Notes under the pieces: generated by a model | Told to the model about the DNA's origin: nothing | Seen by the model: the letters and a program-made list of their open reading frames with translations, nothing else | Databases searched by the model: none | Assembly (NCBI GenBank): GCA_964270895.1 | Contig: OZ185435.1 | Source: Podarcis filfolensis | Lineage: Eukaryota | Reading direction: 5' to 3' (one strand) | Length of the DNA stretch: 64,000 nucleotides | Program-made: the position numbers and the translations under genes | Part shown: positions 21,861 to 34,864 of the stretch, in pieces | How the letters are laid out: each line of letters begins with the position of its first letter | Numbering within the stretch: position 1 is the first letter of the stretch

Positions 21861-23789
21861 ATCCTAAGGATCTGGGTAAACAGATCCTTCCTATCCCCAG
21901 CACAGAAGGTGAATTGGGTGTGTGGAGGGGGTGTTGAGTAGGTGAGGAAGATACTAGAGAAAATGGGAGATCCTCTTCCATCTACCCCACTTCGTGCCCA
22001 TCCATAAAGAGCTAGTGGACAGAGATTGGGGGGGGGGGCTTTATTTCTTGCTCCTCAAGACTGTGACATGGCAAGTCGTGGACCAGCAGGTGGGTGCCAA
22101 TAGCGTGTCTCCCTCCTGCTGCTCCTTCTTCTGGAACAGGTGGGGTACCTGCCTATGGCTAGCGCATGACTCTTGGAAGGGGGAAAGGGAGGCAAGCTGC
22201 CTTTGGAACACCAGCCGCTCACGCAGAAAGGAGGACAAGGTGTTTTTTTTCCTGCTGGGGAAAAGCCTGCTGGCTTCCTCTTTCCACTTCCCTGAATATG
22301 ATTGATAATGGGATCTGCACAGATTCCTACCTCGGTAAGCTACAGATTGCACCATCTCCCTCTGGCACTGTCTCCTTCCCACAGCATGACACACACGCAC
22401 TCCCCACAATATACACACAACCCCAACTAAAGCTTCTCACGCTGTTCCCGACCTTCCATTTGCACAAATTTCCCTCACACTGTTCCACATAAAGCTTCCC
22501 TACTCCTGAAAGATCAATACTTCCTTCCTATGCAAATCTCCTTAGCGAAAAATGTTGTCTTAAATATGGACACCTACAAAACTGCCATTCTCCCACTGTA
22601 TCAGAACCACCCATCGCAGAAGGTTTGGGGAAGATTTGTAGCTGGCTGATGAGAGGGTTTAGGTATCTGCGAGACCATTTTGGGTCTGAATTGTGAGGTG
22701 AAATACCATGTCTATAAGGTATGAGCAACAACTGAAAAGGCAATTGGGGAAACCTTGAACCACCTGTCTATGATTACATAGACTGGTTATGATGCCTCCT
22801 TGGCATCTACAGCCCTGCTCTTGAAGGTGTTTGGTGCAGCTAGGTAATTGGACAGTTCCTCCATATTTGTTAATACAATTGTTTGTATCTGGCTTCGTAT
22901 TGGTTTTTGTTTTTTTTAAGGATTTGTGGGGCTGGGTTTCATTGCTGTTATGAGCTGGTTTCTAAAAATTAGATCATCTGGTTTCTAATAATTAGATCCA
23001 TTTCCTGATTGGTATGCATTGCAGAGTGAAATGCTTTCTGACCTGGAAGGGAAGCCAAAATCTGTGATAAATTCTTCATGTTGCAAGATTTCATAGTGTC
23101 TTTTGATATGAACTGCTTGTGAGAAAATGTTTGATCAGGGGCTCATAATGGAGGGAAATGAACTCTGATGTAACTGTTTTACGAGATGTTTTGGACACTG
23201 TAAAGGTCAGGTTTTCTGTGTTACTTACACATCCTGTTTTGTGCATAACTTTTGTGTGTCTGTTTTATTGAAATGTTAGAGCTAGAAGGCGCCAGAAAAA
23301 TTATAATGTTGTCCTTGGGACAGGATTCTTCATGTATAAACCACCCCCTCTCTTGCTGTAAACAGCAAGAGGTAAGCAAGCTTCCTTCAAATTAAAATCA
23401 TGCATCTGGCAGTAATGATGCTAGTGGATGAAGTATGTAACAGCATAGGGATTTCATATTTCTTATTTATTACTTTGAGGTTTCCAAAGACAAGTATTTA
23501 AGGACAGCTTTTTACAAGTGGTCATAAACTTTGTCTTACGTATAGCTTTCCAAATGGAAAAAAAAGGATGCTTTTGCATTCTAGTTCAGATCCAGTACTG
23601 GCAGAGCAACATCCACTGCCCCACACAGTAGCCAGTCTGTGTGTGTCACTTAAAAAAATATAGAGGGGGAGGCATCTAGATCTGCATAGGAAAGAGACCA
23701 TCTTGAACACAATTTAGAGAAACAAAATGAGGAGGGAAAGGTCACAAACTGCCATAATGTCTTCACCGGGCTGAGCCTCAGACCTTTCA

Positions 23790-24700
23790 TCAAGAACTAA
23801 ACAGCAGCCCTGCTTGGATGAAGCCAAAGGTCCATCTAGTCTGGTGCCATAACTCTTAACAGTGGCCAGCCATATATTTCTAGATTGAAGAAGTACTTAT
23901 TTTTATCTGTTGTGAAATGGATCAATTCCATTGGGTTATCCTGAGTTCTGGTATTACATGAAAGGGAAAGAAAAAAACCCATATATATCCCTTTCTGCAC
24001 ACCTCTCAGAACTTTATAAAGGTCACTCATGCCTTGCCCACCCCACAAGGTGTGTGTGTGACAGTTAAAAAGCCTAGATTAATTCTAGCCTTTCCCCATA
24101 GGTGAAGAAGCTCTAGGTCTTACGTAGTAGCCACACTGATTTTTTTTTAAAAAGATATTGTGCTACTGACCTTTGAATTATCCATCACGTTCTGAATTAG
24201 CCTGAACTGACAGTTTGTCTTTTTTAAAAATACTGCTGAATATTATTTTTCAATGAGTTATTCAGCATGAATGGCCCCATCTCCTCTTAGAAAGGCATAA
24301 TCTGTTCAAACCCCCTCATTGCTTTTGCCACAGTGTGCATCACTTTGTACTTACTCACAATGCATCTTACTTGCCATCTTACTGCCCAGTCATCCAGTTT
24401 GGAGAGATTTATTTGGGACTACTTGAAGTCTGCTTGGATTTGCATTATCCCAAATAATTTTGTGTTTATCTGCAAACGTGACTGCCTTGATGCTCACTCT
24501 GTCCTCTGCTCGTTTATAAATGAATTAAATAGCATTACAGCTCTTGAGGTAACCTCACTTCTTAATTCTCTCTATTTTTAAAGGCTACCTGAGTGTTCCT
24601 GTATTCAGCAAAGTCCAGATTTTTAAAAAAGATGATCCAAGCATATTTAAGCACCTTGAAGCTCCATTGACTTCTGTGGGACAGTTCAGCATGTGCTCTA
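23790..24700 (-). mobile_element. Old CR1 fragments
   Basis: Minus-strand remnants (DLYKVLRG..., NTRTQ..MEL, YFFN) and CR1 tail-like gatgaagccaaaggtccatctagtc. Confidence 0.6.
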
Positions 24701-25054
24701 ATTTCCACAGTTAAAATCAATGGAACTTCACAAAGTGCTTTACTGTGTAGCTCAGCACTGCCCAGTAGTGAGCAAAATGGCAGATCCCTCAGAAACCTGC
24801 TGTGAAAAGGTTTGCAAAGCACTTTGAAGGCAAAGCTGCTTGCATCTGCTCTGAACTTGAGGGCACAGCTGCTGCAGGTCATTCTGAAGCACCCAGAGCA
24901 TTTTGGAGATGAGTTGGCTGGGATCAGTTTCAGTTGTTGCAGCATGAGGGTGCGGACAGGACTTGCAGAGGTCTGGCCAACCACATGCCCTCTTGAGCCT
25001 TGTTTGTCATGTCTTACAAGATGGATGGGTCCAGCAGGCTGTTAATACCTTGCT

Positions 25055-25700
25055 CTGAGGGGGTGTAATGCTCGCTGCCCTGAAGGAGGTGACCTGGCCC
25101 TTAAGACGCCCTCCCAGGACCTAGAGGTTTTGGACAACTAATACCCTGTCACTGATGTCCCCTTCTTTGGTGATGGTGGGGGCTGGCCAGCTTCAAATGT
25201 GCCTAAAGGAAAATGATTTTCTAGACCTACTTCAATCAAGCTTCTAGCCTGGCTTTGGCACTGAAATCGCTTGGACCACCCTGATTGATGACTTACATTG
25301 GGAAAACATAAGTCATTTTGCAGCCCTGTTGCAAAATGTAAATCAGGAATGCAGCCCTGTTGATCTTCCTTGATCTTTCAGCAGCTTTCAATATCATTGA
25401 CTACTACAGTATCATCCTGGAGGGGTTCTGCAGATTAGAAGCTGCGGGCACCATTTTATGGCTGTTCCAGTGCTACTTGCAGAATTGCAACCAGAGAGTA
25501 GCATTAGGAGGCTTCTGCTTGGCCCCTTTGCTTTGGGGCTGTAGGGATCTGCAGGGCTCCATATGAAATCACTGGGAGAAGCCTTCCAGGGATTTGGAGT
25601 ATAGAGTCATCAGTACTGTATGTGATTGACACCCAACTCTGTCATGTGAATCAGGAGAGGCTGTTCAGTTGCTGGAGGCAGTAATGAGCTTGACCAATGA
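25055..25700 (+). mobile_element. Degraded L2-clade RT fragment
   Basis: IFLDLSAAFNIID...GTILWLFQCYL..QRVALG motif. Confidence 0.7.
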
Positions 25701-25959
25701 ACTTTGGCAAAAGAAATGCAAGCAGGCAAACAGGTTATATATGAATGAATGAATTTCAGGGGCACATTGTAGAAAATATAAAGACCAACAATAACAAAAT
25801 TAGAAACAGGAAACTGGACATGGATGCAGTTGGACCTTTGAATGACATAGTCACAGGTGTGCTATAAGAATAAAAGAACATTTCAAGCTGAATTAATTCT
25901 TTGAATCCATTAACACAGCTGAAGATGCAGGGCAGGTTATTGTGCCTGAAATAACTTTC

Positions 25960-26440
25960 TCAGGAGGTGATTCTGGGGAACTGGGGATAAGAGATGAAGT
26001 TTGAGACCTCATTGACAAATTTAGAAAGAATAAATAAATCACCAGGTCCAGATGACATCCGCCTGAGGGTTTTTGAAGAACTCAAATGTAAAACTGTTGA
26101 TATTGTAATAAAAATATGTAAAAAGCTCAGAAAAGGACAACCAAATGATCAAGAGGCTGGAGCAATTCCCCTATGAGGAAAGGTTATGTTTTTCTTTACT
26201 CATTTAGGAAAAAATGATAGAGGTGTATAAAATTATGTATGGTGTATAGAAAGCGGCAGAGAATTTTTATGTCCTACCTCATAATGCTAGAACTTGAGTC
26301 ATCCAGTGAAGCTGAACATTGGAAGATTTGGGTGAGGCAATGTATTCACACAGTGCATAGCTAAACTATGGTCTTCTCATTGTTGAAAAAGATGTTGGAC
26401 TAGATGGGTCTTTGATTTGATGTATCAAGTCTCTTATGTT
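25960..26440 (+). mobile_element. Degraded CR1 fragment
   Basis: INKSPGPDDI.LRVFEELK motif, then CR1 3' sequence (NARTXVIQ-like, ggactagatgggtc). Confidence 0.65.
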
Positions 26441-26471
26441 GTTATGAGTTGTACTCTCACTGAAGGCTCAT

Positions 26472-26840
26472 CAGAGCCAGCCCACACTTGAGGCAAGGTG
26501 AGGCAGTTGCCTCAGCCTGCGGGATACACGGGAGCAGCAGATCTGGCCTCCAATGAATGTGTTGCTCGCTGCTGCTGCATGATCCTTGGAGGCTGGATCT
26601 GCCACCTCCTGGACAGCTCTGCTTCCCAGTGCCACCTCTACAGCAGCCTCTTGACAAATAGGAGGTGCTTCTCATCTTCTCGTACCCCTTGATAGGAAAC
26701 AGTGGGGGCTGCCTTCTGTGGTCTCTTGGGTTCTGCACCCACCTGGGTGATTCAGAGAAGGCCCCTTCCATCCTCCCATGGTGGAGGAGGTGCCATTTTG
26801 TGGCCCGCATCAGGTGCCAAAATGTCTTGGGCCAGCCCTG
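26472..26840. mobile_element. Old hAT-type non-autonomous element
   Basis: Imperfect TIRs CAGAGCCAGCCC / GGGCCAGCCCTG; 6/8 matching TSD (aggctcat / aagttcat). Confidence 0.55.
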
Positions 26841-27980
26841 AAGTTCATAGCTGTTTGCTCTCCTAAGCTAGTTGGGCCTGCAACAAAATATGGCAGCATG
26901 GGGTGCTCCCATCCATTATATCCCCCCCCCCAGTCATTCAGCATTTTGTCGCTGCTGAGCACACTCAGTTCTCATTAAGCTGTTTTGGGTTTTCTTCTTA
27001 GAGTTCTTTTTAAAAGAGATTTTTTGTACTTCTGCAAACTCCTGGTTTTCCCAGGTATGCTGTTTTCTCCCTCTTGTGTATAGATAGTGCTTTTTTGGCT
27101 TTGTAAGCAATGATACTCATACCTGCAGATTCCATTTAGCTATTGATTTGTTCTTTGTAAATGTGTCCTAATTTAATTTTAACGCCATCTAAGCCGGTGG
27201 CCAACTTGGCATCCTGCAGCAGTGAATTCCATAAGTTAGGCCTCTGTTGCATGAAGCAGTACTTTTCTGTCTGGAGCGTGCAACTAATGAATTTAATTGG
27301 GTGAGACAGGGTTCTAGTATTATCAATAAAGGAGTTAAAAAAACATTTCCCCCTCTACACTGTAAAGTTTTATATACTTCCAGCACATCCCTGCTTAGTA
27401 ATTTCTTTTCTAATTTAAATTATGATAAGGAAGTGTATTTTCCCAGTGTCAGAATATTGGTATTTGAGTGCAGCTTTCCTGAAAAAGGAATATTGCTTTT
27501 GAGGAAAGATATCTGAATGTCTTGGCCATTTATATATCATGATACGGTGAGTTCCAAAGATCAGTGGTGAATGTTGAAATTATTTATTTTCAACTTGATG
27601 CTTATGAATATCATCAGGTATTTTCTACTTCTGGAATGGACCAATATAATAAGTATCATATAAGTCTGATATTCTCCTATACAGTTTATGTTCTTTGTGT
27701 TCTGGTGGGCCTAGTCATCACCCACCGTGATTAAGAAACTTGCCTGAGAATGGACAGGGTGATTCTCACACTTGATACTTAAATTTGGCATTCTTTAAAT
27801 CTACTCCTAATGCAGTTGTAAAACCATCATTGGCTAGAGTATGTTCTCCAGTTTTTCTTTGCTCTTACATTAACAGCAAATTTGGTCTTACATTAACAGC
27901 ATTCTCACAGTACAACTGAGATTCACATGTACTTTGTGGCGTCATGTAGAAAGATACTAGTTCTTTGGTTATATAATATA

Positions 27981-28524
27981 CAATGGTACCTTGGTTCTCA
28001 AACTTAATCTGTTCCAGAAATCCATTCCAAAACGAAAGCATTCCACAACCAAGGCGCGCTTTCCCATGGAAAGTAATGCAAAATGGATTAATTTGTTCCA
28101 GGCTTTTAAAAACAACCCCTAAAACAGCAATTTAACATGAATTTTACTATCTAACGATACCATTGATCTATAAAATGAAAGCAATAAACAATGTACTTGT
28201 AGTCACACAGCCAATAAATCAGTAGCTGAACCGGGTTCCACACAGTGACAAAAACATAACAAAAAAGCCGCAAAAGCAAAACCACAAAATACGTAGCAAA
28301 AACAGACAGACCTCAGCATAACACCCAAAACAGAAATGTGGCACTCAAAACGGAAGCGTAACACTCAAATCAGAAGCGTAACACTCAAAGCGGAGCATGT
28401 TCAGATTCCGAAAAAAGTTCGCAAACCGGAACACTTACTTCCGGGTTTACAGTGTTTGGGTTCCAAGTTGTTTGAGTACCAAGACGTTTGAGAACCAAGA
28501 TGTTTGAGAACCAAGGTACTACTG
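27981..28524. mobile_element. Tc1/mariner (Tigger/pogo-like) MITE
   Basis: TIRs CAATGGTACCTTGGTTCTCAAAC / GTTTGAGAACCAAGGTACTACTG with TA TSD; three 16-bp subterminal repeats at the right end. Confidence 0.85.
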
Positions 28525-29257
28525 TATGTCTTTAATTATGAGAAAGGGCACAGTACTAAGGCTAGATCTACCAGGATGTGTGGTGTTAGGATCCAGCAGG
28601 TATCTGGCTCAACTTGGCTACACCAGTGAAAGTACCCAGCACTGACTCAGCTGGCTGATGTCACATCCTGACTCACTTGGGACCCAGCAGGGGGACTTAG
28701 CTTGGATCCTAAGCTAGTTCAGCATAGTCATGTGACCTGGAAACAGTGTAAGTTAACCTAACAGAAAGGTGGTGTCACCCAAACTCCATTTTACAGGCTG
28801 GCTTTTTGTCTGCCAGGCTTTGTCCGGCTCAGCCAATAGCAGAAGTCCTCCTGAACGGAGTTTGGATCTGGCGTACTTTATGCCAGTTTAATTTAAGAAA
28901 GCATAATTTATGCTGGCTTCCCATACTTAACAATTGCTCCCTAATTAGCTAGCCCAAGGTCCATCATTCCCAGTGGGCATTCTGTTCTCGTGCTCTTAAA
29001 AATAATATTCAAAGAATGGCTTCATTTTTACAAGATCCTTATTAGGAGCCTTGAGAAAGTAAAGTACCAGTTACATACCAGTGGCTGGAAACCTTAGGAG
29101 GGACGAGTGATGTTTTGCTTCGCATAGGTACCTGGTTGACTGCTGTATGAATAGGATGCTGGACTAGATAGGCAGATGATCCAGCAGACTGTTTTTATGT
29201 TCTTTTGGGAGTCCCCCAAGGGCCAGCTAGAGAAGTCTGGAGGGCCACATTCAGGCC

Positions 29258-29506
29258 CTAGGGTCAGCAAACTTTTTCAGCAAGGGGCCAGTCCACTGTC
29301 CCTCAGACCTTGTGGGGGGCCGGACTGTATTTTGAAAAAAGAAAGAATGAATTCCTATGCCCCACAAATAACCCAGAGATGCATTTTGAATAAAAGCACA
29401 CATTCTACTCATGTAAAAACATGCTGATTCCTGGACCGTCTGCGGGCCGGATTTAGAAGGCAATTGAGCCAGCTCCGGCCCCCGGGCCTTAGTTTGACTA
29501 CCCATG
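29258..29506 (+). mobile_element. hAT-Charlie-like MITE, copy A
   Basis: (c)tagggtcagcaaact ... agtttgactacccatg; body is the reverse complement of 30135-30388. Strand is relative to copy B only. Confidence 0.8.
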
Positions 29507-30134
29507 CCCTGGGGCTGCCATTCCCCACCCGTGCTCCAAAGTCTGATTTTTAAGGTCTGGCTTCATATGGATACTTGCAGCTCTGTAGTTGTTCCTTTGA
29601 ACAACTGTGTAAGGTAAAAACAATCTGTTTCAATCTATCAGCGTTTTCTAAAAGCCTTCAAGTTTTTAGGGTTTGTCATAAACATGAATAAAGTGTGGGT
29701 TGATCTCTGCTCTTTTGTGAAGATTGATCTCTTTTCTAGCTCTAAAATTGTTTGCTGGATTTGTTGAAAATTATTTCAATGTGGCTGAAGTATGTTTTTA
29801 AAAACCTACTAACCAAGCAATTATAGCTGGCCCAGAAGATACAAATACTGGAGAAGTGGCTCAGTTAACAGAACTGGCTAACTCAAGACTAGTAGTAGAG
29901 ATCATCCTAGTCCCATAATAGTCTGGCTATGAATTGTTGTCCTAGATGCAGCATTTGTCTCCTGGGCTTCTTGTGTGCTAATGTAAACAGCAGCATCTAA
30001 AAATGGAAGAAGACTATCAGGCCCAGGTCTGTCAATGTAGAGCTCCATTCAGACTTAATGATCCAGATAATAATAGATTTTGCTAGAACCGGGACTCAGC
30101 AGTTAACAGGAAGAATTCAGGAGACTCTCTAAGA

Positions 30135-30388
30135 CAGGTGTAGGCAACCTAAGGCCCATGGGCCGGATGCGACACAATCGCCTCATCAATCCAGCCCACA
30201 GACAGTCCGGGAATCAGCGTGTTTTTACATAAGCAGAATGTGTGCTTTTATTTAAAATGCATCTCTGAGTTATTTGTGGGGCATAGAAATTCGTTCATTC
30301 CCCCCCCAAAAAATATAGTCCAGCCCCCCCCCCCATGGTCTGAGGGTTGGTGGACTGGCCTATGGCTGAAAAAGGTTGCTGACCCCTG
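30135..30388 (-). mobile_element. hAT-Charlie-like MITE, copy B (254 bp)
   Basis: TIRs CAGGTGTAGGCAACCT / AGGTTGCTGACCCCTG; perfect 8-bp TSD CTCTAAGA (30127-30134, 30389-30396). Confidence 0.9.
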
Positions 30389-30848
30389 CTCTAAGATCTA
30401 GGTCAAATAAAAATAAGTTCCATTCGCTGAAATATGGGAATTCTCAGGATTAAGAGAAACTTTGCAGGCTGTGAGAGGGCATTCAAAGATCGCCCCTTAA
30501 ACAAAAGCAACTGAGTGCCTTGTGACACTCTAAAGACTTAACAATGCTATTGTGGCACATGCGGTTGCTGGCCAGCAGAGGCGGAGCTACCTGCCCGCGG
30601 CAGTATCTTCCCTAGTGGTCCGCTGCCTGCACAGTGAGCGTCTGGGGCGCCGCCTGCATAGTGAGCGTGGGTGGGTAGGTGGCTCAACGATGTCACCTGC
30701 CTTCGCGGCTGACACCTGGTGCGCACTGCACCCTCCACACCCGCCTTCCTCTTCTAGTGCTGGCCAGAACATGCATCTGATGAGGCAGGTTTGCCTACAA
30801 AAGCTCATGCTGTAAATTATTTAATCTCTCGGGTCCCCAAGACTTCTA

Positions 30849-30984
30849 CAGTGTTTATCAAACTTGGGTCTCCAGCTGTTGTTGGACTACAACTCACATC
30901 ATACCTGACCACTGGTCCTGCTAGCTAAAGATGATGGGAGTTGTGGTCCAACAGCAGCTGGAGACCCCGGTTTGAGAAACACTG
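30849..30984. mobile_element. Palindromic hAT-type MITE
   Basis: CAGTGTTTATCAAAC ... GTTTGAGAAACACTG with core ggactacaact...gatgatgggagttgtggtcc. Confidence 0.8.
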
Positions 30985-32202
30985 CCCTTGGGTTTGTTGC
31001 AACAGGGTTAGCATGCTTCTTAAATGTTTTCCATTTTTTGAAAGGCGCAAATCTGAAATATCTGAAAATTGTGCCACTGAGGGATTCAGCCCCATTAGCC
31101 AACTATCCTTATATACTGAGCTGCACTTCAGCGTCTGTGAGCAAAAGGGGCTGCCCTTTTCTCAGGGTTTCTGTTGTTCTAGGCTGTAAAGCAAGCAGAA
31201 AATGCTGTCAGCCCTTTTTACAATGACCTAGTTTCAGTTCACTCCGTGCTCCCATCACAAGGTGAAGCCTGAGCCACTGTGCTTTGATGTTAAGTGGCAT
31301 CTAAGCAGAGGTGACACATGTGCAATGGTGCAAGTCTGATCTGACTAGGACTTGGAGAACAAAAAGTTGTTTGGGTACAGGATGGAGTTTGCCTTTCTTG
31401 AAGGTGAATTTTCCTCCTTGCTGCTTTTTTGTTCATGGGGCACTGCATTTCTCTACTGACCTTTGAAGACTTCGTGGCCCATAATGATTTGATGACTGGC
31501 TGAAAAATAAAGCAGTCCTTCATCTAACGCATGCACCTCCTATGGCTTCCTGCATCTGAATCATGGTTATCATAGCCCTTGGAACATGCACCAGCTCAAC
31601 CAGCCTTCCTTAGGTTGTAAAGAATCCTGAAATGAGAAAGAAAAGTCTTTGCTTTGTGCTGAAAAATGGTAAAAGCAGGCCCCAGGCAGGCTTCCCTGGA
31701 TAAAGTGTTAGTCCTTGGCACAAGTTGAATCTTTGGCCGTGTCTTATCTTAGTGCTGCTCAAAATAACTTATCTCCAGATAAGCAATAGAGCATGTGTGA
31801 CTTGGAACCTGATAAGAGACACAACCATGCCTCATTTCCTTTGCAATTAATCTCTGCAGTTGACTGCTGTCACAAGTTCAGACAAATATTATTTTAAAAC
31901 ATAAAATATGACAATACAGTAGGCCTGCATGGCATCACACGATGCAGGCTAGAACTTTTGCCAGCTTGCATAGTTCTTGTCTCATTATGTATATTTAAAC
32001 AGAGTTTTGTATTCAACTGGCTGTCCTGGATTAAAACAGCATCTCTTGGTGGGTGCAGTTCTCTGATACTACCTGTCGCATAGGAAGTTGCCTCCTGCTA
32101 GGTGAGATTATTTGTCCACCTAACCCATTTTTACTACTCTGACTTGCAGTAACTTTCGGGTCTCATTAGATATATTTCTTGACACCTGTTAGCTAAATGA
32201 TC

Positions 32203-32285
32203 CTTTTAACTGAAGATGTCTGGGATTGACTCTGGTACCTTCTGCATGCAGAGCACATGCTCTCTCGCTGAGCTATGGTCCGTGC
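32203..32285 (-). mobile_element. tRNA-derived SINE head fragment
   Basis: Minus strand accatagctcagcgagagagcatgtgctctgcatgcagaaggtaccagagtcaatccc has A-box/B-box-like motifs; same family as 47337. Confidence 0.6.
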
Positions 32286-34443
32286 CCTGAGTTGATATAT
32301 GCAACACCGCAAATGAACTGGAAAGGTCCAGAAAACAAGAGAGGATCAGGTGGCTTGGGAACCTGCCTCTTTCCTGTAGTTGGGCATTAATGTCTAGGCA
32401 GCCATTCCTTATTCTTTTATAGTTATCTTGAGAAATCTTGGAAATACCATGATTCTGAATCCAAATAGGAATGTAGGACATCTAACAAATCCCAGAACAG
32501 TTCGTGTACTGCACTATACACGATTCAAAATCTTTTTTTCAGTCTTGCCCCTAGTTTGGGGCACAGTCACATTCACAATATTCCAAATCTATCTTTGCAG
32601 CATGTCTCTATTCTTGCAATGCTTCCACTTTCATTTCTGGAAGAGAGCCAGTAAAACCTTTCTCTCCTCTCGTCCCTCCCTGGCAATATGTATCCTGCTA
32701 ATATAGATATGCAGGAAGCAGAAAGGGAATTATATACATCTCGGTGCAATTAACACCCCTGCAGCTAGCCAAAGAACAGAGGTCAGGAATTCTGGAAGGT
32801 TTAATGCAATGAAACCAGTACAGCATATTGAAGCCAGAAAATAAATATTGTTTTTAAGCATCTGAATTTGTCATCCTCCTTTGGTGGACAAGGTGGCAGC
32901 TGGAGATGGGGCATTGAATGGGATAGTTCAGTGCTAAGGAGAACTTTCTCAGAAAAGAGACTTGACTGGAGGGACCTGCCTGCATAATGTGTGTCTACCT
33001 GGTTTATGAAAGCATTTTTATCCAGTTCACAAATACAAGCAAGAAGCGAAAACTCAAGATTCCTCTTGCTTGCCTGAAGTGCAGGAATAGACCTCAAAAT
33101 CTTAAAGGGTGAGCTTTTGCATCCCTGAGGAGTTGTGTCCTGAGAACTACAAACATTGGAGCAATTTGTATCAGACCATAGTCTGAAATGAAACTGAAAT
33201 CAAAATGCCAGCTCTTTGGGACAATTTGTGTTCATTGAGCACACCTACATACTTTTACCTAGGAGGTCTCATAAGAATGGTCTCATGAGAAGCCACTAGG
33301 TTTCACTTTGCACCAGGTGCTACTATTCCCAAAAGGATTTGAATTCAGAACTCCTGAAACAAAAATAGGAACAAAATATCAAGTGATAATGTGCACATGT
33401 GAACGAGCCGTTACAGATCTAATGCCAAAAGTCAGAGCTCCTATATCAACTGGCATCACCTCAGTTAAAACACTTTTCATCGGAGGCCATTCACCTGCGA
33501 ATCATTGAGTGATGAAGTCATTTACTAGTGAGATATTGAGCGGTCAACATGCTTGTACAGCCTCTGTTCTCTTTAACTCGGGAAGATACGCTGATCAAGC
33601 ACCTTCTTCAGTGAGGAATGTGTGAACTACTTTTAAATTCATCAAAATGGCTAATAGAATAAAAAGGCAGAATAGATCAAGGAGAAAGTAAAACAACTAT
33701 GAATGGCTATAAACTGTCCATCAGATTCAGTTGAGCGATCAGAAAATCAAGATTTCTAACAACTTAAACCAGATTCTGGAATATGTGCTATGCATTGTGT
33801 GTTGCAGCAAATAATGTGTTTTAAAGCAGAGCAGGTAAAATTCATGGATATATATGTAATAGCAGAAATTCAAGGCTGTAGGGCAGGGTACAGTACAGAT
33901 CCTGTGGGATAGCAGCACATTGGACTACAACCACAGAGAAGACAGAAATTGTCTGCTTTGCTTATTATAGAGGTTGGCCAAATAAGTGGGGGACTTAGGT
34001 TGTTGAGGTGTTCAATAAGTTCGCCTGCTGAGTGAGGCGTGACAAGATAGTTCTGATTGACCCATGTGAAGACAGGATGCTGGACTAGATGGAACATGGG
34101 CCTGGTCCAGGAGTTTTTATGTACTAGGAGAGGGCCTTTTCAGTAGTGGCACCCTGTTTGTACAATGCTATTCCCAAGATACTTTCTTTGTTCCTGCTTT
34201 GAGGTCTCCTCAGTGCCTTTTTATTCTGCAAGCTTTAATTTAATTTATTTTCTTAAACTTTCAGTAATTTAAAATTATTTGTGTTTTTTAGATATGTTCC
34301 GAAATATTAAAGGGCTGTTTCAATATCATTTGTGCTGTTGGGAGCCCGGCTGTTTTGGTTTTAATACTTCCTGCTGAGTTTTTATGCTGCATTGTATATT
34401 TTGGTTTCATGGTTTCGACTGTATTTTATTATTTTGTTGCTGG

Positions 34444-34446
<3 letters not shown>

Positions 34447-34496
<50 letters not shown>
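34447..34496. repeat. (GT)25 microsatellite
   Basis: Perfect 50-nt GT run. Confidence 0.98.
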
Positions 34497-34498
<2 letters not shown>

Positions 34499-34843
34499 TT
34501 GTCAATAGCAATAAATGATCATGCATTCAATGTTGTCACCTTGGATCAGAGGCTCACCCTACTTCCAGCAAGGCACTTGAAGCTTGGAAGTTGCTGCTGC
34601 TGCTAAAATGCAGAGCCACTAGCAACAAGCCTGAAGGTAATGAGCTGATTTTTCCAACCCACGGGAGCCCATGCATTTGCAGGAAGGGGCCTTCCTGGCT
34701 GCTTGTTGCTCACGCAACACGCAGTCTTCGGCTACGGAAAGGGTCTGTGTATCCCTAGAGACTTCTAATAGCTTTTTCTGAGCCTGTGTAAATCCCCATA
34801 GGAACTAAAGAAGCGGAGGAAGGGGTGGTTAGTTTTTCAGCCG

Positions 34844-34864
34844 TTGAGCACCATGGACAGGGAT
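34844..34864 (+). promoter_or_regulatory. RE1/NRSE (REST-binding) motif
   Basis: TTGAGCACCATGGACAGGGAT has one mismatch to the 17-nt core NTYAGMRCCNNRGMSAG, with the canonical 2-bp spacer. Confidence 0.7.
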
